From Octopus sinensis (Eukaryota): a DNA stretch of 49,618 nt. A model generated the notes under the pieces. It ran no database searches and had not been told where the DNA came from. It was given only the letters and a program-made list of their open reading frames with translations. The position numbers and the translations under genes are program-made. The stretch covers positions 1 through 49,618 of the forward strand of contig NW_021834351.1 in NCBI RefSeq assembly GCF_006345805.1. Reading direction: 5' to 3'. Numbering within the stretch: the stretch's first letter is position 1; every line of letters begins with the position of its first letter. Positions 26,716-40,255 of this stretch are shown one piece after another.

Positions 26716-27469
26716 GATTTATTCTCCGAATATCACTCTGTTGTGTCAGGAATCACTTACTTCCATTTACTTCGCTTCTGGCATTGTTTAACCATGCTAC
26801 CATATTCTCCGCTTTTCTTAATTTATACAAGAGACAAATTGTCTGAAACATCGATATTTCGTTAATCTACAGCGTAATACGTTGTTGTTAGTTGTTAGTA
26901 TTTATTTATTTTTTCTGCTTATAATTTGCCATATGTGAGTATATGCATGTATGCCGTTTTTTTTGCATATAAGTATGTCCCTATATCTATTAAGTTCGAT
27001 GAAATATTTTCTTACATAGAATTTATACACAGTTGTATTGTTTAAGATTTATTTTCATTTATCTATTGGTATGTTTACACTATGGTTAATATATATCTGT
27101 ATCTCTTCAGCTCTTATCCAATCTAACCATAAATTATGTGAGTTTCAATGATGAAATAAAGGAAGGTAGAAACTGTCGTAACACAGGATATACAAACCAT
27201 TAATTAACAAGAAATAATTAAAAGTAATTCACACAATTAATAGATTTTCAAGTTTAATTTTACAGGTTTTTTTAATAGAATTCAGAGCTGAAATTTTCAA
27301 TGTTTCGTATACGAATACTCCAATGTAGACAATGCGATCGAAGATTGAAAAAGTAGGTAATGGCTATATATGCATATTTCAAGACTTATTGTTCGTAACA
27401 ATTAATAGATTATACATTATTTACATTATTTACATTTGACGGATAATTGTCCTTATCTTTTTTGTTTTT

Positions 27470-27515
27470 AACAAAACGTTTCGGCTGATTTACCCTCCAG
27501 CCTTCAGCAGGTGTC
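27470..27515 (-). ncRNA. Minimal hammerhead-like motif (core A6>C)
   Basis: Minus strand GACAC-CTGCTGA-A-GGCTG-GAGGGTAAAT-CAGCC-GAAA-CG-TT-TTGTT. Confidence 0.55.
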
Positions 27516-27564
27516 TTGGAGGAATTTCGAACCTGAGTTCTCATTCCTAAGGTATTTTTCGATG

Positions 27565-27646
<82 letters not shown>

Positions 27647-27945
27647 GGTCACTGCCTGGAATCGAACTCGGAATCTTGGGGTTAGTAGCCCGCGCTCTTA
27701 ACCAATACGCCATATGCCCTAAAATTCACTCCATAATTGCCCACGGTCATATGACGTAGTGGTTAAGGTTCCGAATTCGATTCCAGGCAGTGACCTTAAT
27801 AATAATAAGGATAATAATAATAATAAAATCAAACAATACCTTAGGAATGAGAACCCAGGTTCAAAAAGTGAGAGTAGCCCGCGCTCTTAACCACTACGCC
27901 CGTGGGCAATTACGGAGTAAATTTTAGGGCTCCATAATTGCCCAC

Positions 27946-28018
27946 GGGCATATGGCGTAGTGGTTAGAGTGGGGGCTACTAACCCCAAAATTCCGAGTTC
28001 GATTCCAAGCAGTGACCT
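27946..28018 (+). promoter_or_regulatory. tRNA-like Pol III internal promoter module (not a functional tRNA)
   Basis: A box TGGCGTAGTGG, anticodon-like loop CTACTAA, B box GAGTTCGATTCC. An inverse copy lies at 27647-27719. Confidence 0.75.
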
Positions 28019-28094
28019 GAACAACAACAACAATGATAATAATAATATCGAAAAATACCTTAGGAATGAGAACTCAGATTCGAAATTTCCCCAA

Positions 28095-28140
28095 GACTCC
28101 TGAAGAAGGCTAGAGGGTATATCAGCCGAAACGTTGTGTT
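28095..28140 (+). ncRNA. Minimal hammerhead-like motif with intact CUGANGA/GAAA core
   Basis: GACTC-CTGAAGA-A-GGCT-AGAGGGTATATC-AGCC-GAAA-CG-TT-GTGTT. The two-copy consensus gives stem I GACAC/GTGTT and stem II GGCTG/CAGCC. Confidence 0.65.
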
Positions 28141-29270
28141 AACAATAAACAAGATGAGGAGAAATATCCGTCAAATGTAAATAATGTACATAATTCCTCA
28201 TCTCTTAAATATAGAACTGAATTAATAGATTTTTAAATACTTCAACATTTAGTTAACTACATATACAATGAGCTCTTTGAATTAATTAAGTGCAGAATAT
28301 GTATGTCTCTATAACATGGTTTTTGTTTTCAAAAACATACTGACAAAAATTACTGAAACGATTAATAAATAAAAAAAAAACGAATTCAATATAATGGTGA
28401 ATAATTTTTATTGAAACAGAACTAGTCATACTTTATGGAAATTGGTGATGCAAAACATGTGATAATTTATAAATTTGCCAATAACAGGATGGACCAGTCA
28501 AGCCGCTGATTTACCGATTATGTCGTTAAAAAGAAACATTAAAAAATATTTTCCTTCCTATGCAAATTAAAACTTTACATAAATAATATTAATAATATAC
28601 AATAGTCCTCTTCATAAATTATTAAATACACTTCCTGAGAAAACATAACAACCAAATATTCAGAATAATTTATTTAGTGGGACTCTGGATTTTATCCATT
28701 GAAAGCATTATTGAAAATATGCAAAATCATAAGAACTTAACATAAGTTCAGTAACGATGATATAAAAACAAAAACAAATACAAAATACCCCGAGCTATCC
28801 TGTAACTTAAATATAATTATTCTTTGTTAACAGAGCATTTGTTATTATATGGTTTATTGATAAAATTATAATGTTTTTGTTATATTGCGATTATAAACTT
28901 AGCTTTGGTGTGGCGTTCAATGAAATATATTTCCAGACCAATGCTTTTTGGAATGGGTGAAAAACTATAATACAAAATTCTTAATATTTTAAATTTATTT
29001 CAGCCCCTCCTTCACTTTATATTATAAAGAGGTATTTTATAGTAGAAACACAAGATATATATTATGCATCTTTAAGAAGGCTAATAATTTTGAGATTCAG
29101 GGAAATGAACAGTTGTGAAAATTCGTGACTTTTCAAACGATATTAGAAGCGTAAGAGAAGTCGTCCTTTCCACAATGAAGACAACTGAGTGTGTTGTGTA
29201 CATGAAATATACTTGAACCAAAAATGTTATCGATGACATACCCAGTTTTAAGTTTAAGAATTTAATCAAG

Positions 29271-29425
29271 AAATCATCGAACCCATAATACGCTTGGTGA
29301 AGTATTTATTAACCTAAGAAAGATAAAAAATTAATGCCGATCTGGGTTGGACTTGAATCGAGAATATAAAGGGATTTGATCGAATACCGCAAGATATTTT
29401 GTCCAGTATCACAATGTTCCCGCTT
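29271..29425 (-). mobile_element. SINE family A, very old copy
   Basis: Weak colinear similarity (TTGAA.C.AGAA...AATACCGC.AAG..ATTT) to the reverse complement of 1560-1720. Confidence 0.4.
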
Positions 29426-29460
29426 CTTTTCTTTTCCTCCTCTCGGCTACTCCTACTCTC

Positions 29461-29510
<50 letters not shown>

Positions 29511-30321
29511 TGAATTATAAAAAAAACGACTTGTTTTAGAATCGGCACAAATCTAGATTTTATAAGAAATTGTACGGAAAATTGTAACATTCATGCTTTT
29601 TTTTCTAAGAGCAATAAGAGCAGTGAATATTTTTATCAAATGATACACAAATCCTTCTTGGTCCCGTTCTGAAATCGTCATGAGCTTATCACTTGCTCTA
29701 TGACGTTCGTAAGTAAATCTTCCTAAGCTGGAAGTGTATCACAGATCCGTTAAAAGAAGGAAATCTATTACGAATGCTATTTCGGTAGGAATTCTCCAGG
29801 ATTTTTTTATTTTAACAGTATTATATTTTAATAGGTAGGAAAATTGCTTGTAGTAATTTTATAAGTTCATTCAATATAGAGTCACAAATTAAACCTAGTT
29901 TTTGATAATTAATTCTAGCATAGATCTAAACATATCTAAACCTAGTATTCCTTGAAGAACTAAAATAATTCCGTTTCTACCATTTAGAGAAATTATTAAA
30001 AGAATAGAACACCATAGGCGCTAAGAAAAATCTGTATAAAAAAAATACAATACAAAGACATATAATTTCATTATACAAAATTACATCTGTCTTTTGTTTT
30101 AATTGAAAGTAAAATCCCTTAGAACATTTAGCGAAAGTATATTAAAATAACACAGAGAAAAAGTATTAAAAAAAAAGCATATTTTCAATATATTGATATA
30201 GTTTTATATCGGAAACCGTTCTGTTGGACTGATAGAATTACAGTTTGAATATGCATTGGCAAAATGTGTTTCATCAAGTATCTTGTGGCTAGACGAAAAT
30301 ATTAGAATCACCACTGAGAAT

Positions 30322-30358
30322 TATGTGTGTATATGTATGCACGTGTACACATATATGT

Positions 30359-30435
<77 letters not shown>

Positions 30436-30685
30436 CATGCGCGTATATGTATATTATATATTTGTGTGCGTGTGCGCGCCTGTGTTAATGTATTGTATGT
30501 ATGCATATATATATATATATATATATATAATATACGTATATATGTGTACATACACACTCAAAACACATTGATATATATATATATACGTGTATATGTATAC
30601 ATTCATATGTATATATATATGCATAGTTGTATGTGCATATGTATGTGTATAAATATATTAATACATACATACAGATGTATATACA

Positions 30686-30746
<61 letters not shown>

Positions 30747-30763
30747 ATGTATATATATATATA
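30322..30763. repeat. (TA)n/(TG)n compound microsatellite; similar tracts lie at 31290-31545, 31820-32040, 32640-32950, 36568-36820, 37235-37590, 38000-38425, 38750-38950, 40155-40270, 40480-40720 and 44040-44235
   Basis: Directly visible. Confidence 0.9.
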
Positions 30764-31349
30764 CAGGGATGTTTATTGGCGCATAAAACGAATAATATTA
30801 TCAGACAAATTGTATAATTTTGGAGAGGTGTTCATTTTAGCAGATGAAAATAAATTGCCAAAAAGTGAAAATATTTCGTTGCTCTTAATAAAGAAAGCTG
30901 AGTAAAGTGAGGGTTATACTGTATTGAAAATTATAGAAACTATTCTCGTGTGTGTTATTTAGTAAGGAATATTTTACCGCTAACACAGTTTACGGGACTC
31001 AAGTGAGTAAATACCACAAGCCGCATGGATTTATTAAGCAATGTGATATTCAACTGCATATGTGTATACACACGCACACACATGCACACACATAAATGTA
31101 CCTGCAGATACACGTGCATACACACAAATACACACATATGTACACTTATACACTTATATAAAGGTATGTCACGCATAATCACTCCTTAAGTATACATTGA
31201 CATATACAAAGAATAGCTCACACAAACGCAGACATATCTGAAAATATATAAGCACGTACATGTATTCACATCAGCTTCTATCTAATATATTTATATATAT
31301 GAATACATACACACACACACAGACATATATATATATATATATAATATAT

Positions 31350-31409
<60 letters not shown>

Positions 31410-31433
31410 GATATATATATATATATCCATATA

Positions 31434-31466
<33 letters not shown>

Positions 31467-31472
31467 CTATAT

Positions 31473-31503
<31 letters not shown>

Positions 31504-31662
31504 CTATATCTATATATCTATATATACACATATATGTTCATATATGTGTAATATTAAGCATGAATACACATGCGCACTTGACCCACGGATACCAATCAAT
31601 CAATCATTCAATCATTACAATCACTTACTCACTCACTCACCCACTCACTCTATCTATCTATA

Positions 31663-31693
<31 letters not shown>

Positions 31694-31868
31694 TTATTTA
31701 TTTATTGATTTGTACTTATATTTGTTTCTGTTGCAGACTTTCCCTTGACAGGCAATCGCGCAAACATGCATAAGCAGAAGTAGAACATATTTAAAGTCTA
31801 CAAACGTGAATACACAAACTTATATATATATATATATATATATCTATATATATATATATATTATATAT

Positions 31869-31910
<42 letters not shown>

Positions 31911-34114
31911 TATATATATATATATATGTATATATATATGTATATATACATATATATGTGTGTGTATGTATATATTTATGTATAATTATGTGTACGTTAT
32001 ATATATCTGCATTAATGTATGTATATAAATATACATGTGTTTGCATCTACCCTTAGAATATTTTTGTGTGCGGTATTAACAAAAAATGACGATAATGCGT
32101 TCAGTTTCTTAGCTTGTTCTTACTGTTAATTAGTCATCAACATAAAGAAAATAATAAGACATTATTGGATAATAATGAGATGTGTCATTTGTTTGTATAA
32201 AGTATTTAAATGGAATCGAATTTATAATTGTTCAATTTATTGTTTTGTTCTCCATTTCTTATATGTATTTATATATATATGTATATGTGCTCATATATAG
32301 ATATATATGTATATATATGTGTGTGTTTGTGTGTTTGCGTGCATCAATAATATTTGCGTGTGTGTATTCATAGATAATCTCTCTTTGTCTCTGTCTCTGT
32401 CTGACTGACTGTCTGCCTGAAGTGCATATGTATTTCGTCTGTGTGTAATAAACACATACAGATAAATAAGTTTAAAATTATGTCTATATACACGTATAAA
32501 ACATTCCAGTATCTCTCTACTTTCAGTTTCACTTTCACTCCCAATATAATACACACAGCAACACGCAAACACACTTTCTTGTACACACAAACAAGAATTC
32601 ACAGAAACATACCGATAAGCAAAAGCAAGCACTGACATATTTATATTTTACACACTCTCACACAAATGCACACGTATATATATATATTATATATATATAT
32701 ATATATTATATTATATATATATATTATATTATAATTTTATGTATGTATATTATGTTTATGTAACACACATACGTATATATATATGTGTGTGTGTATATAT
32801 ATATGTATATATATACATATATATACATTATTATATATATTATATATATATATATATATCTATATATATTATATATATAAAATATATACAATATTATATA
32901 TATATACATCTATACATATATGTGTATATATGTATGTATATTAATATGTGAAGTAAAGTATTGATAATGCCTGATCAATATTACGTTAATAGTTGCTATT
33001 TGCTATCACAATTATTTGCTGGACAGTGAATTTTCTGTATGTGAAATCTATTTAATTCAAACCGGTCACTTGTATATGACAAATGAGTAACATATTTCAT
33101 ACTAACATTATAATTTATTAAAAAGAAAGTAATTGATATTCTGATTTATCGATATTTTCTATTGAACCATTTTAATGTGTGGATGTCATATCGACAAGAG
33201 CTTTGTCAATGCTAGCACATTTTCTTAGGCATACATTTAAATTGTACCCAATATTAAAATTTTATTTTATATTTTTATTTCCAGAAATTTGGAAGAAAAT
33301 GTAATTTGAGATGGATAGAAGCGTCTGGAATAAAGTTACATTATCGATGATTACAATAAACTTTCAGAATTGTTTTTACTTTTGAAATCTTTATCGTCGA
33401 GTAAATGTGACAAAGTTTACATAAAAAAAAATATTTATTGCAAGAGACAGATATATACTCAGAGAAAACAATGATTGCTTTTAGTGAAAAAAAAAAAAGA
33501 AAAAAATTCTCGCACTAACGCATACACAGTAAAGGGTGTGATAGAGAAAGGGAGATACATATAGAAATATATAGACATATGCGTAGATAAATAAATGGAC
33601 ACGGGAAAGTGGGAGGGGTTAATGGGAAAACAAAGAATTACGAAAGTAACAAAAAAACTTAGATGGAGAAACAAAGCAGGCAGGAGAGTATGTGATAAAA
33701 AAGAAAGCGAGAAATCAAAATATGTATTGCCAACTGTAGACTTAAATGTTTAACACTTTTGTGCTGTCACTAAAATACAAGTCTCACACGTAGTTGTTTA
33801 CAGTTTGATTTCGGAACCATCAATGAAACAAAATATTATAAAAAATTAGAAAAAAGTGATTTGAAGTTACTTTTTCTTGTTTAACGAAAGCACGATTATT
33901 AGATTTACTTAAAAACGTTGATAAAAATCTTCCAAATTATTTATCCCTGATATCATTATCTTGGAAGTTCCAACTCCGAAGTATCTTGAATGTACCAATT
34001 GCAATATCAATAACTAGAAATTTTAAGAACTTCGTATGCAATAAACAAAGGAGAAAACCAGTAAATACTGTTATTCCATAATAATAATAATAATAACTAA
34101 TAATAATATTTTTC

Positions 34115-34240
34115 CCTACGCAGAACACTTTCAATACAGTAAACATCAGAGCCACACAAGACCACAGCACAAACCAAGCACACAGAGCTGCGCCTCGTGA
34201 TGGTGAAGTGAAAGCACGCTATAAAAATAAAAACTAACTG
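34115..34240 (+). mobile_element. Dong-type family 2, extreme 3' fragment in (AAT)n
   Basis: CCTACGCAGAACACTTTC...GTGAAGTGAAAGCACGCTATAAAAATAAAA matches 17155-17279. Confidence 0.9.
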
Positions 34241-34278
34241 AATATAATAATAATAATAATAAAATAATAATATATTTT

Positions 34279-34367
34279 CTACGCAGAACATCAATACAGT
34301 AAATAATGAACAGCAATACCCAAGGCACAAGTGGTGAAGTGAAAGCACGCTATAAAAATAATAACTG
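34279..34367 (+). mobile_element. Dong-type family 2, second 3' fragment, internally deleted
   Basis: CTACGCAGAACA...CCCAAGGCAC...GTGAAGTGAAAGCACGCTATAAAAATA followed by (AAT)n. Confidence 0.85.
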
Positions 34368-34390
34368 AATAAAATAATATAATAATAATA

Positions 34391-34432
<42 letters not shown>

Positions 34433-36566
34433 TAATAATGATAATAATTTCTCACATAGGACCAAGGTTTAGAATTTAGAATAAGGGAATAGTTGATCAT
34501 ATCGACTGAATACAGGACTGGGACTTAGTGATAGATAATAATATTCACAGCATTTTAGATCACTATCAATTTTAGTTTCTCCTTAAAAATTGAATGTAAA
34601 ATATAATTTGAATATGGGTAGCGTCCATGATTGAGATGATTTTTCATACAAGAACTGAAGATATATTTTCAGAAACTTTTATGAAAAGAACATATACTTT
34701 AAAATAAAAATTACTAAAATTGGTGAACTGTCGTGCTTTTTGTCATACTTAGAGAATAGATAAATACGATAAGATGCTTTACTGTTTTCGTTAGATTTAT
34801 GATTTAAATATTGAGAAATCCCACGGTTAATTAATTGATAATTTCGTCTTTAATTTAGAAATATATTGAACTAATTCTTTTAGCAGATAATTTGACGACT
34901 TCTATGCTGAGCATATCATTTATTCAAACCTACTGTTGCTCTGCCAAAATGCATATTACTTTTAAAATCTAGGCCTATGAAGTCTTCACTTGAGGGCTTC
35001 ATTTTTATTGCATCCATATTTTGTAATATCAACTTTTGTAGGCATTTATTGTCATAAAAATACTATTAAAACACTAAAGAAATCTATCAATATCAAGTAA
35101 ATTTAGATATAATGTTTTCACTTCTGAAAGGTCTACGTGAATGGAATGATTTCGTCTCGAATAGAAGAAAATTAATTGACGGCTCATATTACTGTGATAG
35201 ATTACAACGAATCATTAATCCTGTAATACAGAAAGAAACAGAACGAAACAATATCTCTAAAGCAATATCACTCACGCAGTTATAATTTTGAATACTATTT
35301 CAAATTCATTTCTTTTAGTGAAAGGATTATCATTATTTTCGAAACTATTTTAAGAAAAATACGAAACGTTGATAATAGTTTATGACTATTTGTCACTAAA
35401 TTCAAGATGTATTCTTTATGATTAAGTAAGAAAACCTAACGTTTAATAATGCTGATTCAAGTGTTGGGTGCTTATGCTGATATATGACTTAGGATGGACT
35501 CCTTATTCGCATAATCACCGAACCTGGAACTTAACTATGGTCTATCCATAGCACTTACTCAGCATTGCCTGACATCTTTGGGTCTTATTGACACCATTAC
35601 CTCTCATAACCTCTATACATATAATTATGTATACACACGCATACATACACACACACACACATATATGAACATTTATATGCATAAGTGTATATATATATAT
35701 ACCTATCTGTAAATTTAGATACAAGATAGCCAAAAGCAGTTACAGAATTGTACAAACATATTCACACCGAGGCCTTGGGATTTACACTGAAGTAATGTAT
35801 AGAAAATTAAATTTGACTGGTTTGGAAATATTAATATTGATTTCATGATATCGGAAAAATCATTTTTACAAACTTCCGTCAAATGATACGTTGGAATATG
35901 TAATTTGGAAGACCGTTTATATTTCTATGAACTCTTTGAAAAATGTGAATACATATAAAAGCTTATGTAGACATGTTTGAACATAAACATTTACAAGTAC
36001 ATAGACACTATATATTTCTTACCTCAAAATGATTTGAGGTGACAATAATATATCGCTGCCAGAGAAAGTGTTATCCTATACTTGAGAAAATTTTGACAAT
36101 AGTATGTGAAAGATATTTCTAAAAATAAACAAAAGACATCAGCACGGCTATTAATAAGTGATGGCGACTTTTGTTTCTTATAAGATATATTTCAGAGAGA
36201 TGTGTTTTACATTGTAAATATCTGAAAAATATCCTCAAAAATTGTTGGATGTTATTTGGAGGATTATGTACTCAATTCTTACATATACATGAGTCTAAGA
36301 GCAAGAAAATAGTGATAAGGAGATGAAGAAATGAACGAAGTATATAAAAGAAGAAAATAAAGAATAAGGGAGAATTGAAATATGTATTTATAAAGGGAAA
36401 ATAGTATTTATTTCATAATTGCATCATTATATTTACGAAGCTAAAGATATTTTAAATAATAAAACATTTCTATCTTTGAAAATCAACGGTTTTATTTTGT
36501 AAATTAAATTTGTTAGTTTGGAATACGATCTAAAGTGTCTTATGTGTTCTTTACTAAATATCGTTC

Positions 36567-36606
<40 letters not shown>

Positions 36607-37256
36607 CAATATATACATATATACATACATACATACATATATATAATATTATATATATATATATATTATCTATATATATATATATATATATATATAAGCA
36701 TGTACATAAATACGTATATACATGCATACAACACACATATATATGAATATAGAATGCATGCATATACACATTTACATACATCCATACAAGCCTATACATA
36801 TATATCTGCACACAAACACACAGTTATGGATAGTTGTGCGATTATTCTCCCTTTTAAGAGCTGCAAAAGTCGAGTAGTATTTCTGGTTATACGTATTTCC
36901 GATCGCTATTAAACGATAAATAACACTGAAGATAAGTAGATATCTAATTTATTATCAATGCTTCTATGTTTTCATCATTTATGCCCAAAATATATTCATC
37001 ATCCTTGTTCTAGTAAGATGAATTATGTTCCATTCAAAATGTGAGGTAAACATTTTCGCCAGCTAAGAGGAAGTTCACCTTGCATAGATCCACACAAAAT
37101 GCCGAATCGCTTGATTTCTCACTAATATAAACGCATTTACACACATACACAAATACTGATATGAACTTTACACACCAACATTTCAACTAAGCCATCCATA
37201 TCCTTTCTCTCTCTCATAATATACACATAGATGCCTATACATACAAACATATATAT

Positions 37257-37287
<31 letters not shown>

Positions 37288-37483
37288 TGTATATATATAT
37301 ATATGCATACACACACACACACACTATATATATATGCATGTATGTGTATATATATATTTGTGTGTAAGTGCGCATGTGCATGTGTACAGGTGCGTATGTG
37401 CATTGTGCGTGCGTGCTTGTGTGAACTCCAAGAAGTGTTTACTAATGCAGGCATTTATATTCGCGTATATATATATAATATAT

Positions 37484-37539
<56 letters not shown>

Positions 37540-38352
37540 TATCTATATATATTTATATACATATGCATGTTATGTCTGTGTATGTGTGTGCCTATGACTT
37601 GGGATTATGTTAAGCTTCCATTTCATTGGGGTACATGAAAAATATCATAAATTCTTCTGTGATAGTATTTTGTCACATATTTATACATCGTTTGCTTCCT
37701 TGTAAAGAAATAAGAAATTGCTCAGTGTATACTGACGTATTTCTAATTGCAATAACAATCATTTTAAAGTTTTCTGAAAAAAAGTTTTCCTAGCACCGGA
37801 TGAAGGAGTCCAAAGGGCAACGCACTTGCCCTACCGGCCAACTCAACCGACCGAAAATACCTGTTTCAAGTCAACAATGGAGTATGACTGATCTCAAACA
37901 CCGTTTCGAAGTTCAAAAAAAAAAAGTAATAAATTAAAGAAGATGCTCAGTTAGGTTTATTTTAAAAGCAGTAATATTTGTTCAATTGGCAAAAAGCTAT
38001 ACATACATACATGCGTACCTATAAACATACTTGCATACATACATACATACACAGATGCATACATATATACATATATACACATGCATACATATATACATAC
38101 ATAGAATTCAAATATACATATATTCATAAATGCGTATATATATATATAAACATATTTAAATATATATGTGTACACATACATATGCATACATACACATACA
38201 TATATATTTATATGTATATGTATATACATATATATGTATATATATGTGTATATACATATGTATATACATATATGTGTATATATATATGTATAATACATAT
38301 ATGTATGGTGTATGTATATATATGTATATATATAAATACACAATATAGATGC

Positions 38353-38409
<57 letters not shown>

Positions 38410-38838
38410 TATTATATATATATAATTGCGCCTATCCTTTTAGATAGTGCAAATTAAAAGGCGTTGGTGAGTTACCATCGCAAAATCATTGATATTAACG
38501 TTGAGATCATATTCTCGAGTCAAATAATTTTGGCTCTATAATTTCGATATTGAATTGTTAAATGTTTGGTTTACAGAGATCAAATGATCTAAAATTTTAT
38601 AAGACAAGGAACGTAAAGTTTTTCATATAGAGTTTTAATAAATATAATTTTGAAAAACCGGATACATAGGATACAACAGGTTTTTAAAGTTATTCTCATT
38701 TTATTTTTACTTTTTGCTATGCTTTGTCTTCCCAATTTTATATTCTTTTTCATATATATATGTAGTTACACAATATATTTTATCACATCTTATGTATATG
38801 TATATACAATATACATATGTATAATATATTATATATAT

Positions 38839-38869
<31 letters not shown>

Positions 38870-38894
38870 ATAGGATATTGTATATATGCATAAT

Positions 38895-38926
<32 letters not shown>

Positions 38927-39014
38927 ATATTATGTAGTATATATATATATACTGGTGAGTGGACAAACGAAAGAAAGAGGCACTCAACACAGTAGGAGGT
39001 ACATAATTATGATG

Positions 39015-39105
39015 TAAAACAGCTTGATTCGGCCCCAAGTTTCGTAGTCTTCCTAGAAAAAGCTACGAAACTTTAAGTCGTGCGGGACCGAAGCAAACTG
39101 TTTTA
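39015..39105. repeat. Imperfect hairpin / inverted repeat
   Basis: TAAAACAGCTTGATTCGGCCCC pairs with GGGACCGAAGCAAACTGTTTTA, and AAGTTTCGTAG pairs with CTACGAAACTT. Confidence 0.8.
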
Positions 39106-39160
<55 letters not shown>

Positions 39161-39444
39161 TATGCACTCAAACACGCAAGGAAGGAGGAGTTATTATTTG
39201 GCTATTTAAATATATCCACGAATGGGCAATGTGACTATTGAGTTATTTAACTTTGAAAGAAGTTTTACCGTCGCCATGACGTTTATTCCCAAAAGCATTA
39301 AAATCATAAATGAAACATTTGTGACTGGTTCGCAGGGATTTTATCATCATTTTGAGGCTCGCATCATTAACAAGAACAAGAATAAGGAGAAAAAATTACC
39401 ATAAAATAACGTAAAAATAAAATAAAAAATAAAAATAAGACACA

Positions 39445-39544
39445 ATGATAATATCAACAATAACAACAACAACAATAATATAATAATAATAACTTAAGAA
39501 TTTTCTAATGATAATAATGATTTATTTTATTAGCCACAGGGGCT

Positions 39545-39600
<56 letters not shown>

Positions 39601-39671
39601 TAATAATAAAAATAATAATGATAATAATAATAATAATGATAATAATAATGATAATAATGATAATAAAAATA

Positions 39672-39711
<40 letters not shown>

Positions 39712-40035
39712 GTAATAATAATAATAATTATAACAATAATAATAACGAAAACAATAACATTCACGATTGTATTACCAGCGACAAGAACTTCAACAGCAAC
39801 AGTAATTACAATAACAAAAAAAAAACATGAGCAACAGTAACAACTGTAACAACTAGGGAAACAACAACTCTAAAATTATTAGTAGTTATGCTGCTAGCAT
39901 TAATAATAATAGTAATAATAATAATAATAGTAATAATAATAATGATAACAATAATAATAATAATAATAATAATAACAATAATAGTAGTAGTAGTCATAAT
40001 AATAATGATAATAATAATATTAGTAAATATTATTA
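39445..40035. repeat. Degenerate (AAT)n/(AAC)n field
   Basis: Directly visible. Confidence 0.9.
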
Positions 40036-40213
40036 TTAGCGTTATTGTTATTGTTATTTTGATTTCCTTGTTAATTAAATGGGCCTTAAATAATTAAAAA
40101 ACAAGGACTATCAAAGTTAGCAATAGTTTGGTAATTTTCCTATCAACCCCATGGTATATATATATATATATATAATATATCATATATATATTATATAACT
40201 ATATATGTATTTA

Positions 40214-40255
<42 letters not shown>

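Larger units (their letters stand above)
27412..28219. mobile_element. Composite non-autonomous element: units of tRNA-like head, (AAT)n and hammerhead motif, in inverted/tandem arrangement
   Basis: Minus unit 27412-27719, deleted plus unit about 27716-27863, inverted head fragment about 27873-27930, full plus unit about 27930-28219. Flanked by AATTAATAGATT at 27400-27411 and 28220-28231. Confidence 0.8.

Noticed and set aside
27235-27246. Third AATTAATAGATT copy upstream of the composite element
   Set aside because: It weakens the TSD interpretation at 27400/28220 somewhat. I could not show that 27247-27399 is a separate insertion, so it is recorded as a caveat only.
27946-28018. tRNA-Ser(ACT)-like gene, and tRNA-Arg-like heads at 23281 and 47323
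   Set aside because: Stems pair poorly and each head is fused to a repeated body, so they are retroposon heads rather than tRNA genes.
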